Assembly (NCBI GenBank): GCA_038087875.1
Contig: CM075977.1
Location: 115,816,001-115,880,000 of the forward strand
Origin: Malacoraja senta
Taxonomy: Eukaryota
Direction of reading: 5' to 3'
DNA: 64,000 bases
Shown here: positions 58,895-64,000 of the stretch, piece after piece
How positions within the stretch are numbered: position 1 is the stretch's first letter
Layout: each line of letters begins with the position of its first letter
Translations under genes and position numbers: made by a program
Notes under the pieces: model-generated
The model's database searches: none
Told to the model about the DNA's origin: nothing
What the model saw: the letters and a program-made list of their open reading frames with translations, nothing else

Positions 58895-59682
58895 GACAAT
58901 TTTTTAGCTTTGAAAAACTCCTTTGTTGCTTTAGAAGTATGTTTGGAATCATTGTCTTGCTGCAGAATGAACCACCTGCCAATAAGTTTTGAGGCACGTT
59001 TGAACTTGAGCAGATAGGATGTGTCGATACACTTCAGAATTCATTACGCTACTACCATCAGCAGTTGTATCATCAGTGAAGATAAGTGAGCCAGTACCTT
59101 CAGCAGCCATACATGCCCAGGCCTTAACACCCCACCACCGTGTTTCACTGATGAGGTGGTATGCTTTCAATCTTGGGCAGTTCCTTCTCTCCTCCATACT
59201 TTGCTATTGCCATCACTCTGATATGTTAATCGTCGTCTCATCTGTCCACAAAATCTTTTTCCAGAATTGTAGTTGCTCTTGGCAAACTGTAACCTGGCCG
59301 TCCTATTTTTGCAGCTAACCAGTGGTTTGCATCTTGCAGTGTAGCCTCTGTATTTCTGTTCATGAAGTCTTCTGCAGACAGTGGTCATTGACAAATCCAT
59401 ACCTGACTCCTGAAGAGTGTTTCTGATCTGTCGGAAAGCTGTTTGGAGATTTTTCTTTATTATAGAGAAAATTCTTCTGTCATCAGCTGTGGAGGTCTTC
59501 CTTGGCCTGCCAGTCCTTTTGCGATTAGTGAGCTCATCAGTGCCCTCTTTCTTCTTAATGATGTTCCCAATAATTGAATTTGGTAAGCCTACGGTTTGGC
59601 TGATGTCTCTAACAGTTTTACTCTTGTTTCTCAGTCTCATAATGGCTTCTTTGACTTTCATTGGCAGAACTTTGGTCCTCAT
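58895..59682 (-). pseudogene. Tc1 transposase (frameshifted, C-terminus missing)
   Basis: ORFs 59167-59697 and 58949-59197. Confidence 0.88.
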
Positions 59683-60642
59683 GTTGATAAACAGCAATAA
59701 AAGGTACCAAAGGTGATGGAAAGACTTGGTGCTGAGAGCTCTCTTGTACCTGCATTAAGGAGGCAATTAAACACTTCTGAGCAATTACAAACACCTGTGA
59801 AGCCTTGTGTCCCAACATTATGGTGCCCTGAAATGGAGGGACTATGTATATACACTGCTGTAATTTCTACATGGTGAAACTAAAATGTATAAAAATACCC
59901 TTTAATAAAATCTGACAGTGCACTACATGTGATTTTTCCTATTACAAATCTCAAAAAGTGAAATATTTTTATAGGCAATTGATTCATTGAAGGTGGATTG
60001 GGCTGGGTAACAAACTAAAGTTTGCTTGAACCATTGTTGGCCGGACCTATAAAATAGAAGCAATATCTCATATTAACTTTTTTCTACCTCTTTTACAGTC
60101 TCGTGTATCCCTGGAAGGTCATCACTATTTCAAAGCAAAAACAGAGTTCTCCAGTCTTTCCTCATTGGTCACATCTCTGACATTGTGGATCAGCATCATG
60201 GCTTTTCTATGTTGATTCCATTGCTTAAATGTACATTCACAATCAGCAGTGGAAGCAATCTTATAAATACTGTCCAACTGGAGTGCTATAATGTTTGATC
60301 ACTGTTACCGTTTCTGATTTATATTCTGTTGGTATGGCTGTGTTCTTCAACATCCTGATGCTTTATTGATTGGGGCTGTAAATTGGTCGGAGTTTTATTT
60401 TATTGCTGAGTTTGCTAACACTTTAAGGTTTATTTCCGCTGCTTCCTTTGTTATTTTAATGACATATATAAAATACACCTATCATCAATTCTTCCTTCCT
60501 ACGTATGAATGAGGTACTTTGCTGGGATTTCTAGTTCAGTTAAATTGGAAGAGGTAGTTCAGAAATAACAAATAAAATGAAACCAATTAATTGAGTGGGC
60601 AAGGCAATGGCAACTGATAAGTATTAGACTTTTATATATTTA

Positions 60643-60897
60643 AGGGTCTGTCCCACTTGCCGATTTTTTCGGCGACTGCCAGCATCATTGACTGACGTAT
60701 CAGGTCACCGAAAAGTCGCGGTGTGGTGCGGTGGTGACGCGGCATGATGACGTATTGACGCACGGTGTTTCCTCAAGTGTCGTAACATTTTTTTGTCACC
60801 GCTGGATTTTGAAATGTTCAAAATCTTTCGGAGACCCTGATACATCAGTCAATGACGCCAGCAGTCGGCGAAAAAATCTGCAAGTGGGACAGGCCCT
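60643..60897. mobile_element. PIF/Harbinger-like MITE, largely palindromic
   Basis: AGGGTCTGTCCCACTTGC / GCAAGTGGGACAGGCCCT with ~70-bp arms; TTA TSD. Confidence 0.92.
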
Positions 60898-61328
60898 TTA
60901 CTCTAATGCTTGTTTGTTAATTCATACTGTTTAGTCTTTTTGTTATCAATTCCAATTTTTTTTTCCATTCTTCATTGCTTTTGAATGGTTTTTAATAGCC
61001 TCGTGTAATATTTCATCAAAAGCATCATGAACTTAATATTCAGTCCCCTGAACTTGTTATCTCCTTAAAGAATTAAAGGAGGTAAGTTAGACGAGGTCTT
61101 CTCCTCAAAGTAGAATAATATTGCTTAAAAGATATAAAAGTTTACTTAGTTGTACAATTTGTTTTTTGGACTTTTCTTAATTTTAGCCATCTACCTTTCC
61201 ACTCTTAATCACCTCCAAGATCCACTGAAAACTATAATTATCATTGTCTCATTTCTCTCCCCCATTGACCATTATTGCAGTCTGGCAAATTTATCTCTGT
61301 ATATTGAATTGATGTACTTGGTTCATCT

Positions 61329-63150
61329 TAGAATCATAGAAAATAGGTGGAGGAGGAGGCTATTCGGCCCTTCGAGCCAGCACCGCCATTCATTGTGATC
61401 ATGGCTGATCATCCCCAATCAATAACCCGTGCCTGCCTTCTCCCCATATCCCTTGATTCCACTAGCCCGTAGAGCTCGATCTAACTCTCTCTTAAATCCA
61501 TCCAGTGACTTGGCCTCCACTGCCCTCTGTGGCAGGGAATTCCACAAATTCACAACTCTCTGGGTGAAAAAGTTTTTTCTCACCTCAGTCTTAAATGGCT
61601 TCCCCTTTATACTAAGACTGTGGCCCTTGGTTCTGGACTCGCCCAACATTGGGAACATTTTTCCTGCATCTAGCTTGTTCAGTCCTTTTATAATTTTATA
61701 AGTTTCTATAAGATCCCCCCTCATCCTTCTAAACTCCAGTGAATACAAGCCTAGTCTTTTCAATCTTTCCTCATATGACAGTCCCGCCATTCCAGGGATC
61801 AATCTCGTGAACCTACGCTGCACTGCCTCAATCACAAGGATGTCCTTTCTCAAATTAGGAGACCAAACCGGTACACAATACTCCAGATGTGGTCTCACCA
61901 GAGCCCTATACAACTGCAGAAGAACCCCTTTACTCCTATACTGAAATCCTCTTGTTATGAAGGCCAACATTCCATCAGCTTTCTTCACTGCCTGCTCTAC
62001 CTGCACGCCAACTTTCAGTGACTGGTGTACAAGGACGCCCAGGTCTCGCTGCACCTCCCCCTTACCTAACCTAACCCCATTGAGATGATAATCTGCCCCC
62101 TTGTTTTTGCCGCCAAAGTGGATAACCTCACATTTATCTATATTATACTGCATCTGCCATGCATCTGCCCACTCACTCACCCTGACCAGGTCACCCTGCA
62201 ACCTCCTAACATCCTCTTCACAGTTCACACTGCCACCCAGCTTTGTGTCATCCGCAAACTTGCTAGTGTTGCTCCTAATTCCCTCTTCCAAATCATTAAT
62301 ATATATGGTAAACAGTTGTGGCCCCAACACCGAGCCTTGCGGCACTACACTCGCCACTGCCTGCCATTCTGAAAAGGACCTGTTCACTCCTACTCTTTGC
62401 TTCCTGTCTGCCAACCAATTTTCTATCCATGTCAATACCCTACCCCCAATACCATGTGCTCCAATTTTAGTCACCAGTCTCCCGTGCGGGACCTTATCAA
62501 AGGCTTTCTGAAAGTCTAGATTCACTACATCCACTGGCACCCTTTCATCCATTTTACTTGTCACATCCTCAAAAAATTCCAGAAGATTAATCAAGCATGA
62601 TTTCCCTTTCATAAACCCATGTTGACTTGGACTAATCCTTTTACTGCTATCCAAATGCCCCATTATTACCTCTTAAATAATTGACTCCAGCATCTTTCCC
62701 ACCACCAAAGTCAGGCTAACTGTAATACACGTTTTCTCTCTCGCTCCTTTCTTGAAAAGTGGAATAACATTAGCTATCCTCCAATCCACAGGAACTGATT
62801 CTGAATCTATTGAACATTGGAAAATGATCACCAATGCGTCCACTATTTCTAGAGCCACCTCCCTGAGGACCCTGGGATGCAGACCATTAGGCCCACGGGA
62901 TTTATCATCCTTCAGTCCCATTAGCCTACCCAATACTATTTCTCGCCTAATGAAAATTTCTTTCAGTTCCTCTACCCACTTAGATCCTCTGTCCTCCAGT
63001 ACATCTGGGAGATTGTTTGTGTCTTCCTTAGTGAAGACAGATCCAAAGTACCTGTTCAACTCTTCTGACATTTCCTTGTTACCCATAATAATTTCACCCG
63101 AGTCTGCCTTCAAGGGACTCACATTTGACTTTGCTTCTCTTTTTCCCTTG
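61329..63150 (-). mobile_element. CR1 LINE, 5'-truncated, young (414-aa open RT C-terminal frame at 61419-62663)
   Basis: QHGFMKGKSC, DFQKAFDKV, PQGSVLGP, FADDTK through GYGEKAGTGY. Confidence 0.95.
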
Positions 63151-63585
63151 TTTCCCCTGTTTCTTTGCTACTCTTTTCATCTTGTTTCTGTCCTTGTGAA
63201 TGCTTATCAAAATAGTTATGTTAGAATATTTTATGGAACTTTGTGCTCAAAGAATGTTGGAAATACTAAAATCAAAACCAAAAAATGTTAGAAATACTCA
63301 GCATCTTGGAAAAACTTGTGAATGATCAGTTGAGCGGAGGAGTAGCATGGGAGATTTTAAATGCAGCTGATAGCATCAAAGAGTGACTGCAGCTACTGGT
63401 ATATAAAAAGCGCAGGCACTAACGGAGGCGCCTATTGAGACTGGTCATGTTGGGAGATGTTATGTGTTGAGGTGCAAATGCTTTGTTGAGGGAAAGTGTT
63501 GAGGTTTTGACTCATCAAACTTTGGCGAGGAGGCTGAATGGAGGGTGGTGGAAAGATAAGGTATGGTCATTTATTTTTGTGTTCA

Positions 63586-63874
63586 GGGCCTGTCCCACTG
63601 TACGAGGTAATTCAAGAGCTCTCCCGAGTTTAAAAAAAAATCAAACTTGTGGTAAGCATGTAGAATGTACGTCTCTTAGCGGCTCGTAACGTTAACGGCA
63701 GGTACTCGGGAAACGCGGCAAGCTCGTGAAGACTCGTGAAGATTTTTCAACATGTTGAAAAATGTCCACGAGAACCCCGAGTACCGACAAGCGGCTATTA
63801 CCGTAATTCTCCGAGTTTGAATCAGGGGAAACTCGGGAGAACTCTTGAATTAGCTCGTACAGTGGGACAGGCCC
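63586..63874. mobile_element. PIF/Harbinger-like MITE
   Basis: GGGCCTGTCCCACTGTACGAGGTAATTCAAGAG / CTCTTGAATTAGCTCGTACAGTGGGACAGGCCC. Confidence 0.9.
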
Positions 63875-63904
63875 ATAACTCTTCATTGGTCTTAGTGCAG
63901 TAAT

Positions 63905-64000
63905 TATAATAATAATTCATTTTATTTACTGGCGCCTTTCTAAAACCCAAGGACACCTTACAAGGCATAGAATCACAAAAATACAAAACACATAATCGGA
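63905..64000 (-). mobile_element. Probable L2-type 3' tail
   Basis: (TAA)n then TTTATT..TGGCGCCTTTC..CCCAAGGACAC, similar in layout to 55044-55100. Confidence 0.45.

Larger units (their letters stand above)
53589..59960 (-). mobile_element. Tc1-family transposon with long inverted repeats, interrupted by a DIRS element
   Basis: Inverted repeats 53645-53760 vs 59858-59958; transposase remnants at 58895-59682 (paired HTH, GRPRK, ..CMAAEG.G.L, QQDND.KHT). Confidence 0.88.

Noticed and set aside
20055-64000. Further FAM172A exons (e.g. SPEEH...VWDHF...AHSYGG)
   Set aside because: None was recognised by eye; they probably lie outside the window or in a gap. A spliced alignment would be needed to exclude them.

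Overview
Vertebrate nuclear DNA, most likely a cartilaginous fish (skate/ray-type CR1, Penelope-derived and PIF/Harbinger repeats; the organism is inferred). It has two 200-N assembly gaps (10659-10858, 53389-53588). The window is intronic around one recognisable host exon: a 219-bp phase-0 coding exon of FAM172A/ARB2A (19836-20054, + strand). The rest is a dense, nested collection of mobile elements: a nearly intact L1, many CR1 copies, L2/Rex-type fragments, four non-autonomous Helitrons, PIF/Harbinger-like and pogo-like MITEs, a Tc1 element containing a DIRS element that in turn contains an L2, and a Gypsy 5' end with a tRNA-Ser PBS. The main candidate novelty is a complete non-autonomous BEL/Pao LTR element (34556-40591, plus a related solo LTR). 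It has a serially deleted pol, no tRNA primer-binding site, an in-frame Nopp140/NOLC1-like segment in gag, and a tRNA-Asp(GTC) gene with CCA, an upstream TATA-like tract and a T4 terminator just before the 3' LTR. Also notable are dispersed minimal hammerhead-ribozyme cores in Penelope-type palindromes, some carried inside nested MITEs, and an orphan TDP2-like exon next to hAT-like ends. All protein family assignments rest on motif recognition by eye; no searches were run.
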